Shown here: one piece after another, positions 1 through 10,272 of the stretch
How positions within the stretch are numbered: the first letter of the stretch is position 1
Layout of the letters: every line of letters starts with the position of its first letter
Assembly: GCA_021781705.1 (NCBI GenBank)
Contig: JAJXWI010000001.1
Coordinates: 4,904-68,903 of the forward strand
DNA: 64,000 bases
Direction: 5' to 3'
DNA from: a bacterium
GTDB lineage: Bacteria; Verrucomicrobiota; Lentisphaeria; Victivallales; GWF2-38-69
The notes under the pieces: generated by a model
Database searches by the model: none
What the model saw: the letters and a program-made list of their open reading frames with translations, nothing else
What the model was told of the DNA's origin: nothing
Made by a program: the position numbers and the translations under genes

Positions 1-1158
1 CATGTAAGTTGGGGTGCGTCCGAGCCAATTCCCTTTCTGAATATCTAATCCTGCAATAATTTTATCTCGCTCGTCCGAAGATAATGATGCTACTGCCTGC
101 TTTAAAATGACTCCTTCTTCAGGAGTGGACAGTCTTAGCATGGCGCCGATGCGCGCTAAAACTCGATCGATTCCATTTTTGAGATCAAGTCCTAACCAAT
201 TGGCCCTGGTTGTTAAATATGCATTATATGCGTCTATTGAGATTTTTTGGGGGTCGGAAAGAATGCGCACTGAATCATTCATCGCTTCCATCGCTCTGTG
301 AGCAGGCTCCGTGTATACAAGCGAAGACTTGTTGTTTACGTGGCCTAAGGCGCCTGCAACATCACAAGTATGAATAAAAAGGTCAAATGAAAGGGCGACA
401 GGATCGGTGGCAGGAACGAGGCTTAAACGCAGTTTATCAAACATAGAGGAGTCGCCTTCCAGGTGGGTGATGTGGCCATAGTGAGCTAAATTGGCAACTT
501 TAATCAATAATTTTTTAGCTTCATTTGGGAGCTTCGCAAAAGAGGGAGAAAGCTGAGGATGCTCGGATAGAATATGCATAGCCTCTCCATAAAAATCATC
601 ATGGTCAGGAGCGCTGATTCCATAAGGCTTTAACAATTCTCTTGACTTTTCACTTTTCCCAATGTCGCCAAGAACAAGGGCTGTTTCCATGGCTTGAGCT
701 ATTTGCAATTCTGTCATTCCTCCCCATCTAGATTTCAAAAGCTGCTGGCCTTGAATGTGAAGGCCTTGAAAACTTTTTTGGGAAAGTTGAACATCTTTGG
801 GTTGAGCTGCGGTAAAGTCCTGGTATGCCTGATCGCTGCCGTTTAAAATCAATTTCAAACACCGCAATGTCATCAGGGTTCGATCAAATTCGATGAATTT
901 TTGACCAAATAGTTGTTCTGAGTATGGCGAATTGAGAGAAGCTTGGCCCTCTTCGGTTTTGCGAACATTTTCATCCGCTAACCATAAAATTTCAGGATGT
1001 TCTTGAACACAGTTCTCTACCCATTGTTTCCCTTCTACGGTAGAAAAGATAATAGGAAGGGGCTCTTTCGCATTCTCCTGGATATATATGCTCAGCAATA
1101 CAAAAGTTATACCGCCTAGGAGAATTAATAATCCAATTTTTCCAGTTTTTTTCATCAT
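1..1158 (-). CDS. hypothetical membrane-anchored protein (C-terminus lies beyond window edge)
   Basis: Absent from the supplied track because it runs off the window. A minus-strand ATG at 1158 is followed by 386 stop-free codons down to base 1. The N-terminus MMKKTGKIGLLILLGGITFVLL looks like a signal anchor. His-rich stretches (HYGHITHLEGD, FIHTCDVAGALGH) are present but I recognise no family. Confidence 0.55.
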   Translation of the reverse strand, partial: MMKKTGKIGLLILLGGITFVLLSIYIQENAKEPLPIIFSTVEGKQWVENCVQEHPEILWLADENVRKTEEGQASLNSPYSEQLFGQKFIEFDRTLMTLRCLKLILNGSDQAYQDFTAAQPKDVQLSQKSFQGLHIQGQQLLKSRWGGMTELQIAQAMETALVLGDIGKSEKSRELLKPYGISAPDHDDFYGEAMHILSEHPQLSPSFAKLPNEAKKLLIKVANLAHYGHITHLEGDSSMFDKLRLSLVPATDPVALSFDLFIHTCDVAGALGHVNNKSSLVYTEPAHRAMEAMNDSVRILSDPQKISIDAYNAYLTTRANWLGLDLKNGIDRVLARIGAMLRLSTPEEGVILKQAVASLSSDERDKIIAGLDIQKGNWLGRTPTYM

Positions 1159-1229
1159 GTCACCTTTAGCGATTTTTTTGAAATATTAAGGGATGTTCTG
1201 AAAAACATATCCTTGTTGTATTTTTCCAA

Positions 1230-1320
1230 GGCAGGGCGACCTCGCCGAGGGCGCCGCGTTTTCTTATGAGAGGGCAGTTCCTTTAGCCATGCGTTTCAGC
1301 AGGGCGCCGTAAAGCACCGC
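1230..1320. repeat. GC-rich REP-like element (GTAGGG-hairpin family, degenerate copy)
   Basis: GGCAGGGCGACCTCGCCGAGGGCGCCG (1230-1256) matches GGTAGGGCGACCTCGCCGAGGGCGCCG at 63440-63466 with one mismatch. It is followed by CCATGCGTTTCAGCAGGG, a variant of the CCATGCGTTTTAGCAAGG module near 38139 and 61043 (reverse-oriented near 47755 and 55584). Confidence 0.7.
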
Positions 1321-1356
1321 AATATTGCCGGATTTACTTTTTAAAACTTAATGTGG

Positions 1357-1995
1357 CTAACGTATAAAATTGGTTCTGACTTCAACCTTGGTTTCGGGTT
1401 CTTTGATTCTTTTCTCTCGGCCTGCCTCTATAGATCTCAGAAGCCATGCCATATTCCTGCCGAGATTTCTCATTGTTTGAATACCTTCTTCGTCGCGCGC
1501 TGCTTCCTCTCTCTCCATCCCATAGCCGATATTCCAATAACTGGAACCCACAACAACCATCTGAAGAATGGTGAAGAAATTGTTAAGAGAATTGAATGTA
1601 AAAACGCCACCTGCTCTTCTAACAGCAACAACTGAAGCCCCGATCTTTCGTTTAAACAAATGATCATTAGCGCAGGATGTCATAGAAACTCTGTCCATGA
1701 AAGCTTTTATCTGAGCACTCAAACCAGCGCAATAAACCGGCGAACCGAGAATAACGCCGTCGGCAGCCCTTATCTTGTCGATGCACTCGTTAATCATGTC
1801 ATTCTTTATTGCACAGTAACCATTTTTGTTTTCAAAACACTTCATGCAAGCGACACAGCCCTGAATCTGTTTTTTCCCTACATGAACGGTCTCGGTTTCA
1901 ATGCCTTCTTTCTTAAGTTCGGTAAAAACCGTATTTATTAAAAACGCCGTGTTCCCATCGCCTCTTGGGCTACCATTAAATGCTATTATTTTCAT
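1357..1995 (-). CDS. iron-sulfur flavoprotein-like NADPH-dependent FMN reductase family protein
   Basis: Track ORF 1357..2034 trimmed to the ATG at 1995 (MKIIAFNGSPRGDGNT), which follows an AGGAGG Shine-Dalgarno (SD). It has the flavodoxin-like GSPR..GNT signature and a compact Cys motif C-x2-C-x2-C-x7-C (GCVACMKCFENKNGYC) typical of Isf proteins. Confidence 0.75.
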   Translation of the reverse strand: MKIIAFNGSPRGDGNTAFLINTVFTELKKEGIETETVHVGKKQIQGCVACMKCFENKNGYCAIKNDMINECIDKIRAADGVILGSPVYCAGLSAQIKAFMDRVSMTSCANDHLFKRKIGASVVAVRRAGGVFTFNSLNNFFTILQMVVVGSSYWNIGYGMEREEAARDEEGIQTMRNLGRNMAWLLRSIEAGREKRIKEPETKVEVRTNFIR

Positions 1996-2176
1996 CTTTT
2001 CATTCCTCCTTTTTTCATTTTGATTATAAGGCATATGCTGAATTTTGGCTAGTCCAGTGTCAAAATGTGAATATAAGGATATTTTATTATTGACGGCTCA
2101 TAGGTGTCATTACTGGCAAATAAGTACCTTGAGGATAGAATTCTAATCACAAAACCTGAAAGTTTTATATCGTAAA

Positions 2177-2818
2177 ATGGATACAGTAACTCATTGCCCT
2201 CTGTGCAGCGGTAGGGGGCAGTTTTTCTACAAAAATAAAAATAGTTTGTTTTACAAGTGTGACATTTGCTGCGCCATTTTCCTTGATCGCCCATTTCTCC
2301 CCGACATAGAAGATGAAAAATCACGCTATCATAAGCACAATAATAACGCGAATGATCCGGGCTATCAAAAATTTGTGAACCCTATCGTTTCCAACATTGT
2401 GGGAGATTTTTCTCCACGACATAAAGGTCTTGATTTTGGCGCAGGCTCAGATTCGGCAGTTTCAAAACTGTTAAAAGAGAGGAATTTTCAAATAGAACAA
2501 TATGATCCTCTCTTCCATGCTTTCCCTGAATTATTAGAGAAAAAGTATGACTATATTGCCTGCTGCGAAGTTGTAGAACATTTCCATCATCCTAACAAAG
2601 AATTCGCTATGCTGAAAAAACTACTTTTGCCGGGAGGAAAACTCTACTGCATGACAGCCGTTTACAACGAAGAAACAGATTTTAACACATGGTATTACAA
2701 AAATGATTTAACACACGTTTTCTTCTATCACAGAAAAACATTCGAATGGATAAAAAAAGAATTCGGATTCTTTCACCTCGATATGGATAACAATCTTATC
2801 ATATTGGCGGTAAATTGA
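2177..2818 (+). CDS. class I SAM-dependent methyltransferase with N-terminal Cys4 zinc ribbon
   Basis: CPLC...CDIC zinc-ribbon pattern at the N-terminus. SAM motif I is GLDFGAGSD, followed by YDYIACCEVVEH and LLLPGGKL, as in Methyltransf_11/23-type enzymes. Confidence 0.7.
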   Translation: MDTVTHCPLCSGRGQFFYKNKNSLFYKCDICCAIFLDRPFLPDIEDEKSRYHKHNNNANDPGYQKFVNPIVSNIVGDFSPRHKGLDFGAGSDSAVSKLLKERNFQIEQYDPLFHAFPELLEKKYDYIACCEVVEHFHHPNKEFAMLKKLLLPGGKLYCMTAVYNEETDFNTWYYKNDLTHVFFYHRKTFEWIKKEFGFFHLDMDNNLIILAVN

Positions 2819-3071
2819 CGTCTTTAGAAAAGTTGACTTTTCAAACTAATAGAACTGGTTATATGAAAACAGACTCCCGTCTTACGTCAAGGGTATTATT
2901 AATTGCATTTTCGCCCCGCCTTTCTATTGTGGTGGTTCAAATCTCTGCTATCGTCGTATTGGATCTTTTCCGAGGATGCTCGGATAATTCTCTCGGTAAC
3001 CGTACCGTTGGAGTCTGATGACTCCACTACATCTAAAACGCTATTGTATGTATTGTGTTCTAACTGGGATA

Positions 3072-3830
3072 TCAAATAGAACTCAAATGCCTCACGGCTG
3101 CGCAGCCAGCTCCGAATCCATTGTCGATATTAACAACAGTAACGCCACTGGCACAGCTGTTCAGCATTGAAAACATAGCTGTAAGTCCGCCTAGAGCAGC
3201 TCCGTAGCCGATGCTTGTGGGAACGGCAATTACTGGCACGGAGACAAGCCCCCCTATAACGCTGGGAAGAGCACCCTCCATACCTGCGACAACAATTACA
3301 ACATTCGCTTTTCTGATCTCTTCTATCCTGTTAAACACGCGATGTATTCCGGCTACGCCAATATCAAAAAAAACATTTGCCTTATACCCGCAAACTTCAA
3401 CAGTATATTGAGCCTCCAAAGCGACAGGGATATCACTTGTCCCGGCCGTCACCACGGCAACAGTCCCACTTCTTTTTGTCTTTTTATTTATATGGTAAAG
3501 AACTTTTCCCAACTCGTCGTATATGACGGCGCTGGGAATCTTATTTTTTATCTCAAGGAAAGTCTCTTTACTAAGTCTGGTAATCAGGATATTAGATTTT
3601 TTCTTGTATAGCCGATTAACTATTTCCAATAATTGCTCAGCTGTTTTGTTTGCACCAAAAACAAACTCAGGGAATCCGCATCTCTTCTCACGGGACATGT
3701 CAAGAGCAACGTGCCCATTCAAAAATACATTCTCTCCTTTTCCATGTTCATCTAATAGAGAAAGAACTTCTTCCAGACTGCTCCTTCCAGCCTTAAAATC
3801 CTTTAGCACGTCAGATAATTTTTCTTTCAT
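3072..3830 (-). CDS. larB: nickel-pincer cofactor biosynthesis protein LarB (PurE-like carboxylase/hydrolase)
   Basis: 252 aa with VAVVTAGTSDIPVALEA, IVVAGMEGALPSVIGGLVSVPVIAVPTSIGYG and VVNIDNGFGAG. This matches my memory of LarB/AIR-carboxylase-like proteins. Confidence 0.75.
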   Translation of the reverse strand: MKEKLSDVLKDFKAGRSSLEEVLSLLDEHGKGENVFLNGHVALDMSREKRCGFPEFVFGANKTAEQLLEIVNRLYKKKSNILITRLSKETFLEIKNKIPSAVIYDELGKVLYHINKKTKRSGTVAVVTAGTSDIPVALEAQYTVEVCGYKANVFFDIGVAGIHRVFNRIEEIRKANVVIVVAGMEGALPSVIGGLVSVPVIAVPTSIGYGAALGGLTAMFSMLNSCASGVTVVNIDNGFGAGCAAVRHLSSI

Positions 3831-3863
3831 ACAATAGATTATACTAAGTGAACCATCTGTAGC

Positions 3864-4745
3864 TTACTTATCGCTTTTAGCTTTTTGCTCTTTGTTATTA
3901 TCTTCAGCATTAGCGTGTTCTGTTTTCTTCTTTTCCGCGTCAAAAACAGGTTCAGGAACATTTCTGCTTGATATGTCTATCACATGAGATATCAGCACAT
4001 TAGTCACATTTTCAGGAGTAAGCCATTTATTCCAAATAAAAATGAACCCATTTTTCTCATTCTGCTTTACGATATCATCAATTTTTTCCTTGACTATTTT
4101 TTCAGCAAAAATATTTTTCTGTTCAGCATAATCAGCTACCTTCGAAGATACATATTCATTTTTCCTCATTGCTCTCAATTTCTCATCAAATTTACTCTTA
4201 TCTATATCAGATAAATCGAAGATGGGAACGACACTGTTTTCTATTTTTACCCCGTCGCTGTAATAAGTAAGTCCGAAATATCTACCTGTAATTGTTTTTG
4301 TATAGGGCCCCTGCTTATAAGTAATAGTAATAACACTATTTATGGGCTCAGGTTTGAACATTTCATCTGCTTCCTTCGCGTATTTTTCGGTAAGCTCTTG
4401 ATTCGTTAAAGGAAACTCTTTTTCAGCTTTGGAATTCGCGACTTTCCTGATTTGAGGAACATTCACAACGAGAGGATTTTCATCACCAGTGACAGGATAT
4501 AATTCTTTTGCATCCGAAATAATAGCAGCCTTGACATGTTCACTTTTAATATCACTCCCATTGCTAATGTAGTTATAAATAACATCCTCTATTTTCTGCA
4601 CTTTTTTTTCTGATGCCGTCTTTGCCTTACGATTGCCAAGAATTGATTCGTGTTGTTGTTTTTTGGGAGGTTTCTCTTGATTTGCAAATACAGTTAAAGA
4701 AAAAGCAAAGAACCCCAATATTACAAAAATCTTAATTTTATTCAT
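3864..4745 (-). CDS. secreted Lys/Glu-rich hypothetical protein
   Basis: Track ORF trimmed to the ATG at 4745 (MNKIKIFVILGFFAFSLTVFANQ), which gives a signal peptide. No family recognised. Confidence 0.55.
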   Translation of the reverse strand: MNKIKIFVILGFFAFSLTVFANQEKPPKKQQHESILGNRKAKTASEKKVQKIEDVIYNYISNGSDIKSEHVKAAIISDAKELYPVTGDENPLVVNVPQIRKVANSKAEKEFPLTNQELTEKYAKEADEMFKPEPINSVITITYKQGPYTKTITGRYFGLTYYSDGVKIENSVVPIFDLSDIDKSKFDEKLRAMRKNEYVSSKVADYAEQKNIFAEKIVKEKIDDIVKQNEKNGFIFIWNKWLTPENVTNVLISHVIDISSRNVPEPVFDAEKKKTEHANAEDNNKEQKAKSDK

Positions 4746-4849
4746 GCTTACTACCAAAAATTATTTTTATTTAAAGATTCAAATTCACATTCACAGCTTT
4801 AAAAACCGCACTTATATTAAATATAAGGCATAAACGAAAAGAGAAAATA

Positions 4850-5821
4850 ATGACTACAGAAAAAATAGCAACATATTCGGCACAGTTGGATAAATCACAG
4901 ATAGAAAAACTTTATTCCACCCTGAAAAACCAGGGCTACACATTTACAGAGCACGAACACATGATATGGAAGGCCTCGCGTCCCGGGCTGGGTATATCTG
5001 TCTATAAATCAATGAAAACTGTAATCCAGGGGAAAGAAACACAGGATTTTGTTCTCTTCACGCTCGAACCTGAAATACTCCAAAAAGCCTCCTTGGGCTA
5101 CGAAAAAATTCTTTTGAAGCAGCCAGACGAAACACCATTTACTCCGCACATAGGAATAGATGAAAGTGGAAAAGGAGACTTTTTCGGACCGCTTGTAATA
5201 GGCGCTGTCTTTGTTGATAACGAATCATCAGATATACTTGCAAGAATCGGAGTCAAGGATTCAAAAGAAATAAAAAATGACAAGAAGATGACGGAAATTT
5301 CAGACAAAATAAAACAGATAGTAAAGGGCAAATATTCAATAGTAGCAATAGGTAACGAAGCATACAACAGGCTCTATTCCAATATCAGAAACCTCAACCG
5401 CATGCTTGCATGGGGACACGCCAGGGCTCTGGAAAACCTGCTGGCCAAAGAAATTAATTGTACTTCCGCAATCTCCGACCAGTTCGGAGATAAAAGACTT
5501 ATACAAAACGCACTGCTTGAGAAAGGGAAAAAAATAGAATTAATACAAAAAACAAAAGCCGAATCAGACATAGCGGTGGCAGCTGCATCTATAATAGCCA
5601 GGGCGGAATTCGTAAGAAGGATGGACAAGCTTTCTGAAGAAATAAAAATGCAGCTTCCCAAAGGCGCTAACGCACGTGTCAAAGAAATAGCTCTAAAAAT
5701 AGTTGAACATTCTGGAGAAGAAAAGCTGAAACTACTTTCAAAAACCCATTTCAAAACCTACGCCGAAATTATAGCGGTTCATCAGGAACAACAAGCAAAA
5801 ACCATAAAAAGGCAGAAATAG
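4850..5821 (+). CDS. rnhC: ribonuclease HIII
   Basis: The catalytic motif GIDESGKGDFFGPLVIGAV (RNase HII/HIII) follows an ~85-aa N-terminal substrate-binding-type domain. Length is 323 aa. Confidence 0.85.
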   Translation: MTTEKIATYSAQLDKSQIEKLYSTLKNQGYTFTEHEHMIWKASRPGLGISVYKSMKTVIQGKETQDFVLFTLEPEILQKASLGYEKILLKQPDETPFTPHIGIDESGKGDFFGPLVIGAVFVDNESSDILARIGVKDSKEIKNDKKMTEISDKIKQIVKGKYSIVAIGNEAYNRLYSNIRNLNRMLAWGHARALENLLAKEINCTSAISDQFGDKRLIQNALLEKGKKIELIQKTKAESDIAVAAASIIARAEFVRRMDKLSEEIKMQLPKGANARVKEIALKIVEHSGEEKLKLLSKTHFKTYAEIIAVHQEQQAKTIKRQK

Positions 5822-5884
5822 GGCAACCAGATAAAATGATTTTAAGTTTCGAGTGTTAAGCTTTGACTAATTTTTAATTCGCAA

Positions 5885-7120
5885 TTATTTATAGCGCTTC
5901 AGAACAGCAACGAATGCTCCGTCATGCAAGAGAGAAGGCAGTAACATTTGCTCTTTTTCAATAGTAAATTCAGGATGTCTTTCTATAAAAAAATTTATTT
6001 GCTTCCGGTTTTCTTCGGGTTCAATACTGCATGTACTGTAAATCAATCGCCCGCCGGGTCTAACTTTAGACAAAGCATCTTCCAATATTTCAGACTGCAG
6101 CTTCACTATGTCTCTTAATGATTTTATCGTAAAATTCCACATCACATCAGGCCTGTGCCGTATAACGCCAGTATTAGAACAGGGAACATCCAGTAAAACC
6201 AGATCAAAGGAATCATCTGGCATACTTTTAGCTGTTTTCAGATTCATAATCTCTACATTTTCAAATCCGAATCTCTCAATATTTTCCCTGACTCTTTCCA
6301 GCCTGCTTAAAGACCGGTCTGTCGCAATTATTTTAGATTTTTTGAATATTTCGGCAAGAAGAATTGTTTTCCCACCCGGGGCCGAACAATAATCCAACAC
6401 CGTTTCGACATCCATTTCCGCAATAAGTTCTCCAAATAATGCAGTAGCCGGATCCTGAATGTAAATCTTTCCTTCTTTCATCATATCAGAAGTCAAAACT
6501 ATTCCAGGCTCTTCTGTTGAAAAAAAATGAAACCTCTTTAAAAAGCTTACTCCTTCAATCTTTTCGCACTTTAACTTATTTTCCGGTTCACCCCCAGAGA
6601 TAGATCTAAAAGTAAATAGCGGGATTGTTTTTATTGCCTCTAGAATGGTTAAAACTTCCTCTGGCGAAAAATTCTTTTTCCACCTCTCAAGAAGAATTGA
6701 TGGAACCCTGATCTCATTGTCTATACCCTTATTTTCCCCCGAAGCTGTATCCTGACAATTAACCAACTGCCTTATCATAGCATTAACAAAACCTGAAGCT
6801 CCCTGCCCTTTCTTTTTCTTAATAAAAGAAACTGCAACATCGGCGACAATAGCCGACGGGACCACGGACTGGTAAAGTATCTGAGTAAATACCACACTCA
6901 AAACTCTCCGGATAGCAGGTTTGGTTTTGCCACTACTAAACCTTTTAAGATAAGAATCTATAACACCTTTGTTTCGAAAGTAATTAAACAAAATTGAGGA
7001 AACAGTCCTCCTCGGTTCAGCTTCAGTCAAATAATAATCAAGATAATCATCGAGAGTTCCGCCATTTTCACAAAATTCTATACCTCTGACAGCCAATCGT
7101 AAAATTTCTTCAGTCTGCAT
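5885..7120 (-). CDS. rsmB: 16S rRNA (cytosine-C5)-methyltransferase RsmB/Sun family
   Basis: NusB-like N-terminal region, then DYCSAPGGKT (SAM binding), LLDVPCSNTGVIRHRPD and YSTCS catalytic Cys motifs. Confidence 0.85.
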   Translation of the reverse strand: MQTEEILRLAVRGIEFCENGGTLDDYLDYYLTEAEPRRTVSSILFNYFRNKGVIDSYLKRFSSGKTKPAIRRVLSVVFTQILYQSVVPSAIVADVAVSFIKKKKGQGASGFVNAMIRQLVNCQDTASGENKGIDNEIRVPSILLERWKKNFSPEEVLTILEAIKTIPLFTFRSISGGEPENKLKCEKIEGVSFLKRFHFFSTEEPGIVLTSDMMKEGKIYIQDPATALFGELIAEMDVETVLDYCSAPGGKTILLAEIFKKSKIIATDRSLSRLERVRENIERFGFENVEIMNLKTAKSMPDDSFDLVLLDVPCSNTGVIRHRPDVMWNFTIKSLRDIVKLQSEILEDALSKVRPGGRLIYSTCSIEPEENRKQINFFIERHPEFTIEKEQMLLPSLLHDGAFVAVLKRYK

Positions 7121-7325
7121 ATTATACTTAAATCCTTAAATTCGTAGTATCATGTCAATATAATAAAATATCCTTAATACCTCCATTTTATAACCACAAA
7201 AAACTCAAAATACTCGAAAATAACAATAAACCCTCTTTGACTTGGAGTACAATCAGTATATTTTATTCGCTCTAATTAGAGTCAACACGAAAGGAGTTTT
7301 TGTGGGTGGCTCCAGTTAGCCTTGT

Positions 7326-7403
7326 GGTGGTTGTAGCTCAGTTGGTTAGAGCGCTTGGTTGTGGCCCAAGAGGTCGGGGGTTCGAGTCCCCTCATCCACC
7401 CCA
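7326..7403 (+). tRNA. tRNA-His (anticodon GTG) with encoded G-1 and CCA
   Basis: Cloverleaf read by hand. G-1 pairs with discriminator C73. The acceptor stem is GTGGTTG/CATCCAC (one U-U mismatch). D arm is GCTC-AGTTGGTTA-GAGC. Anticodon stem is CTTGG/CCAAG with loop TTGTGGC. T arm is GGGGG-TTCGAGT-CCCCT. It ends in CCA. Confidence 0.9.
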
Positions 7404-7486
7404 TTCTCATCTTTTAGATTCAATTATCTTGCTTTTCTGAATCAGAACAGTTTGTTTTTTCATGCTTATTCTAATTCTTCAGCTTT

Positions 7487-8029
7487 CTAGCCTTCCTGCT
7501 TCTTATACTCACTATATGGCTTGGACTTTGATAGTCTATCGTTCCAGCATTCTTTGTAAATCTTAGCCAGCTTCTTTGAATGAATAACAAGAACATTCTC
7601 AGCATTATTTTCCTGCGCCGCCTTTGTGAAGTTAAAGCTGCCGGTAATTACTATATGGCCGTCAATAATCATAACCTTATTATGTGCTATGGCCGGTTTA
7701 TAATCAATCCAAAGCGGGATTTTCTGATTCTTCAAGAATGTAGCGGATGAGTATTTCTGAGTTACCTGGCTCTTGTCAAGTATTACCTTAGCGTCTACAC
7801 CTCTTTTATGGGCTTTCATAAGAGCTTTTGCAATCGGCGCTGATGTAAAACTATAACTCTGCACCAGGATTGTTTTTTGGGCTTTATCTATGGCATTAAC
7901 GATAATATCCTGACATTCGCCTTTAGGAGAGAATGCAACTTGGAAAGTGGTACCTTCTTCAAAAGTTTGAGAACCGGCAAATAATGATAGAGAAAATAGT
8001 ATTAATACTGTACTAAGAAGTTTTTTCAT
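7487..8029 (-). CDS. secreted phospholipase D-family (HKD) endonuclease, Nuc-like
   Basis: Track ORF trimmed to the ATG at 8029 (MKKLLSTVLILFSLSLFAGSQ signal peptide). It has a single HKD motif, AHNKVMIIDGHIVITGSFNFT, and is ~180 aa, like Nuc-type PLD nucleases. Confidence 0.8.
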   Translation of the reverse strand: MKKLLSTVLILFSLSLFAGSQTFEEGTTFQVAFSPKGECQDIIVNAIDKAQKTILVQSYSFTSAPIAKALMKAHKRGVDAKVILDKSQVTQKYSSATFLKNQKIPLWIDYKPAIAHNKVMIIDGHIVITGSFNFTKAAQENNAENVLVIHSKKLAKIYKECWNDRLSKSKPYSEYKKQEG

Positions 8030-8373
8030 AGGTGCCAAGATACACTTAATATCATCAAAAACAAGAAAAGCGAAACCATTCAAAACATATTTGGGCTCTA
8101 TAAGACAATGAAAATCGGTACTTGTAAACTTAAAATAAATTACCGATATTCTTTGTGATTTGTCTTTCTCTTGCTTTGGAACGGGTTACTTTGATATGAT
8201 ATAGTATTCATTGAGTAGATGCTCTTTCTTATAATTGGTGTTTTTTAGTAATTGTATTGGCTTTACGATATTGCACACCATGCGCAATGTTTTGCATCTC
8301 TTTTATCAGTAATATGATGCAAGCATTATGACGAGCTCTAAATATTTTAAAAATACTATAAAGAATAAAATTT

Positions 8374-10272
8374 ATGAATGGACAAGAGATTACAGCATTG
8401 GAGAACAAACTCTGGGCGGCAGCTGACCAGCTCCGTGCCAATTCTAAACTAACTGCTACGGAATATTCATTCCCTGTTCTGGGACTTATCTTTCTCAGGC
8501 ACGCCTACAGCAGATTTGTCAGCGTAAAAGACAAAATAGAAAAGGAACTGCCTATCCACCCTCAGAAAGGAAGAAGAGCTCTGACTAAAGATGACTTTCA
8601 GAAGGAGAAAGCGATGTATCTTCCAGAGAAAGCACGCTGGGAATACCTGGCTACACTGCCAGAAGGAAAAGATATTGGAGCAGAACTGGATGATGCTATG
8701 AAGTCCATAGAGGCTGAATATGAGACGCTCCAAGGCGTACTGCCCAAGAACTATTCGCTATTTGAGAAAGACCTGATGTACCGATTGGTTCGTATATTCA
8801 ATGCCGAAGAGCTGAACATAGCAAAAGGTGATGTTTTCGGCAGAATATACGAGTATTTCCTGAACAACTTTGCCAAGTCTGGAGCACAGGAAGGCGGGGA
8901 GTTCTTTACTCCGCCAAGTTTGGTAAATACTATTGTTATAATCATTGAGCCGAATCACGGCATATTTCTAGACCCTGCATCCGGAAGTTTCGGAATGGCT
9001 GTTCAAACAGGGCACTTCCTGGAAGAAGAAGGACTAAACCCTTCCCAGAAAATTACATTCTACGCTCAGGAAAAGACAGATACAAATATCAAGCTCTCCA
9101 AGATGAATATGGCTGTTCACGGTCTCGACGCAAATATCCTGCAGGGAAACACTTTCTACGAAGACCAGCACGGCCTTGTTGGCAAGTGCGATTTTGTTAT
9201 GGCAAATCCTCCGTTCAATGTGGACGGCGTTGATAAGAGCAAAGACAGCGTAAAGAACGATTCAAGGCTGCCATTCGGGTTGCCGAACAATGACAATGCA
9301 AATTATCTCTGGATACAATATTTCTACTCCTATCTCAATCCAACGGGGCGTTCGGGCTTTGTTATGGCATCTTCCGCTTCCGATGCTGGCAGCAGCGAGA
9401 AACTAATCCGTGAGAAGCTCGTCAAGACTGGAGCCGTGGATGTAATGGTTTCCATAGGGACTAAGTTCTTCTATACCCGTTCGCTTCCCTGTACTCTCTG
9501 GTTCTTTGACAGGGCAAAAGAGAAAGACAAAGAGCGCAGGGACAAAACCCTTATGCTTGACCTGCGGGATGTTTACCGCAAAGTATCTTCCAATCTGCAC
9601 GATTTCACGCCTGAACATCATAAGAATATCAAATCCATTGTAGGGCTTTACAGAGGCAATAATGACTACTTCAAGAAAACCATAACAGAATACAAGAGCG
9701 AAGCCGAAAGCTCACTGGAAGAAGCCAGAACGCTATTTAAAACTATCACGGAAAAACAGCTCAAAGCCGAAAACCTGGCGCTCAAAGTTGATAAGCACAC
9801 CTTGCAAATTGCCGAACTCAAGAAGTCCAAACGGGAACTCAATAATGCACATAAGGAGCTTCCTGCTGAAATCAAAACCCTTCTTCAGCAGGAAGCGGTG
9901 AAGAAAGACAAGAGCCGCAAGGAACGTTTGCAGGAGTACAATAAAGATCTCGAGCTGTTAATGGCAGAGTTCAACGCCGCCGCTGACAAGTGCATATACT
10001 TTGACAAGGAACACCACTGGCTGACAAGCCGTTTCCCGAAAGCTGAATACAACGATGTCCCAGGCCTCTGCAAAGTAGTAAGTCAGAGTGAAATTGAAAG
10101 CAATGACTTCAGCTTGACTCCTGGGCGATATGTGGGCGTAGCGCCTCAGATTGATGACGGTTTCGACTACGAAGCGAGACTTAGGGAGATACATTCTGAA
10201 TTTGAGGGACTGAGCGCTGAAGCTACAACCTTGTCATCACGAATTATGGAAAATATTAAAGGATTATTATAG
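8374..10272 (+). CDS. hsdM: type I restriction-modification system, DNA methyltransferase subunit M
   Basis: HsdM N-terminal region (LWAAADQLRANSKL), SAM motif LDPASGSFG, catalytic NPPF (VMANPPFNV), and C-terminal NDFSLTPGRYVG. It carries an extra coiled-coil stretch at roughly residues 430-560. Confidence 0.9.
   Translation: MNGQEITALENKLWAAADQLRANSKLTATEYSFPVLGLIFLRHAYSRFVSVKDKIEKELPIHPQKGRRALTKDDFQKEKAMYLPEKARWEYLATLPEGKDIGAELDDAMKSIEAEYETLQGVLPKNYSLFEKDLMYRLVRIFNAEELNIAKGDVFGRIYEYFLNNFAKSGAQEGGEFFTPPSLVNTIVIIIEPNHGIFLDPASGSFGMAVQTGHFLEEEGLNPSQKITFYAQEKTDTNIKLSKMNMAVHGLDANILQGNTFYEDQHGLVGKCDFVMANPPFNVDGVDKSKDSVKNDSRLPFGLPNNDNANYLWIQYFYSYLNPTGRSGFVMASSASDAGSSEKLIREKLVKTGAVDVMVSIGTKFFYTRSLPCTLWFFDRAKEKDKERRDKTLMLDLRDVYRKVSSNLHDFTPEHHKNIKSIVGLYRGNNDYFKKTITEYKSEAESSLEEARTLFKTITEKQLKAENLALKVDKHTLQIAELKKSKRELNNAHKELPAEIKTLLQQEAVKKDKSRKERLQEYNKDLELLMAEFNAAADKCIYFDKEHHWLTSRFPKAEYNDVPGLCKVVSQSEIESNDFSLTPGRYVGVAPQIDDGFDYEARLREIHSEFEGLSAEATTLSSRIMENIKGLL

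Noticed and set aside
2049-3018. Small track ORFs 2049..2324 (-) and 2815..3018 (+) around the methyltransferase gene.
   Set aside because: The first overlaps the methyltransferase start region in antisense. The second lies in the spacer with no SD and no recognisable features.
9660-10060. The extra ~130-aa coiled-coil segment in HsdM as a sign of a gene fusion or novel domain.
   Set aside because: The protein resumes with the family-typical C-terminal NDFSLTPGRYVG motif after the insert. Long helical inserts occur in some HsdM lineages, so I judged it not distinctive enough without a database comparison.
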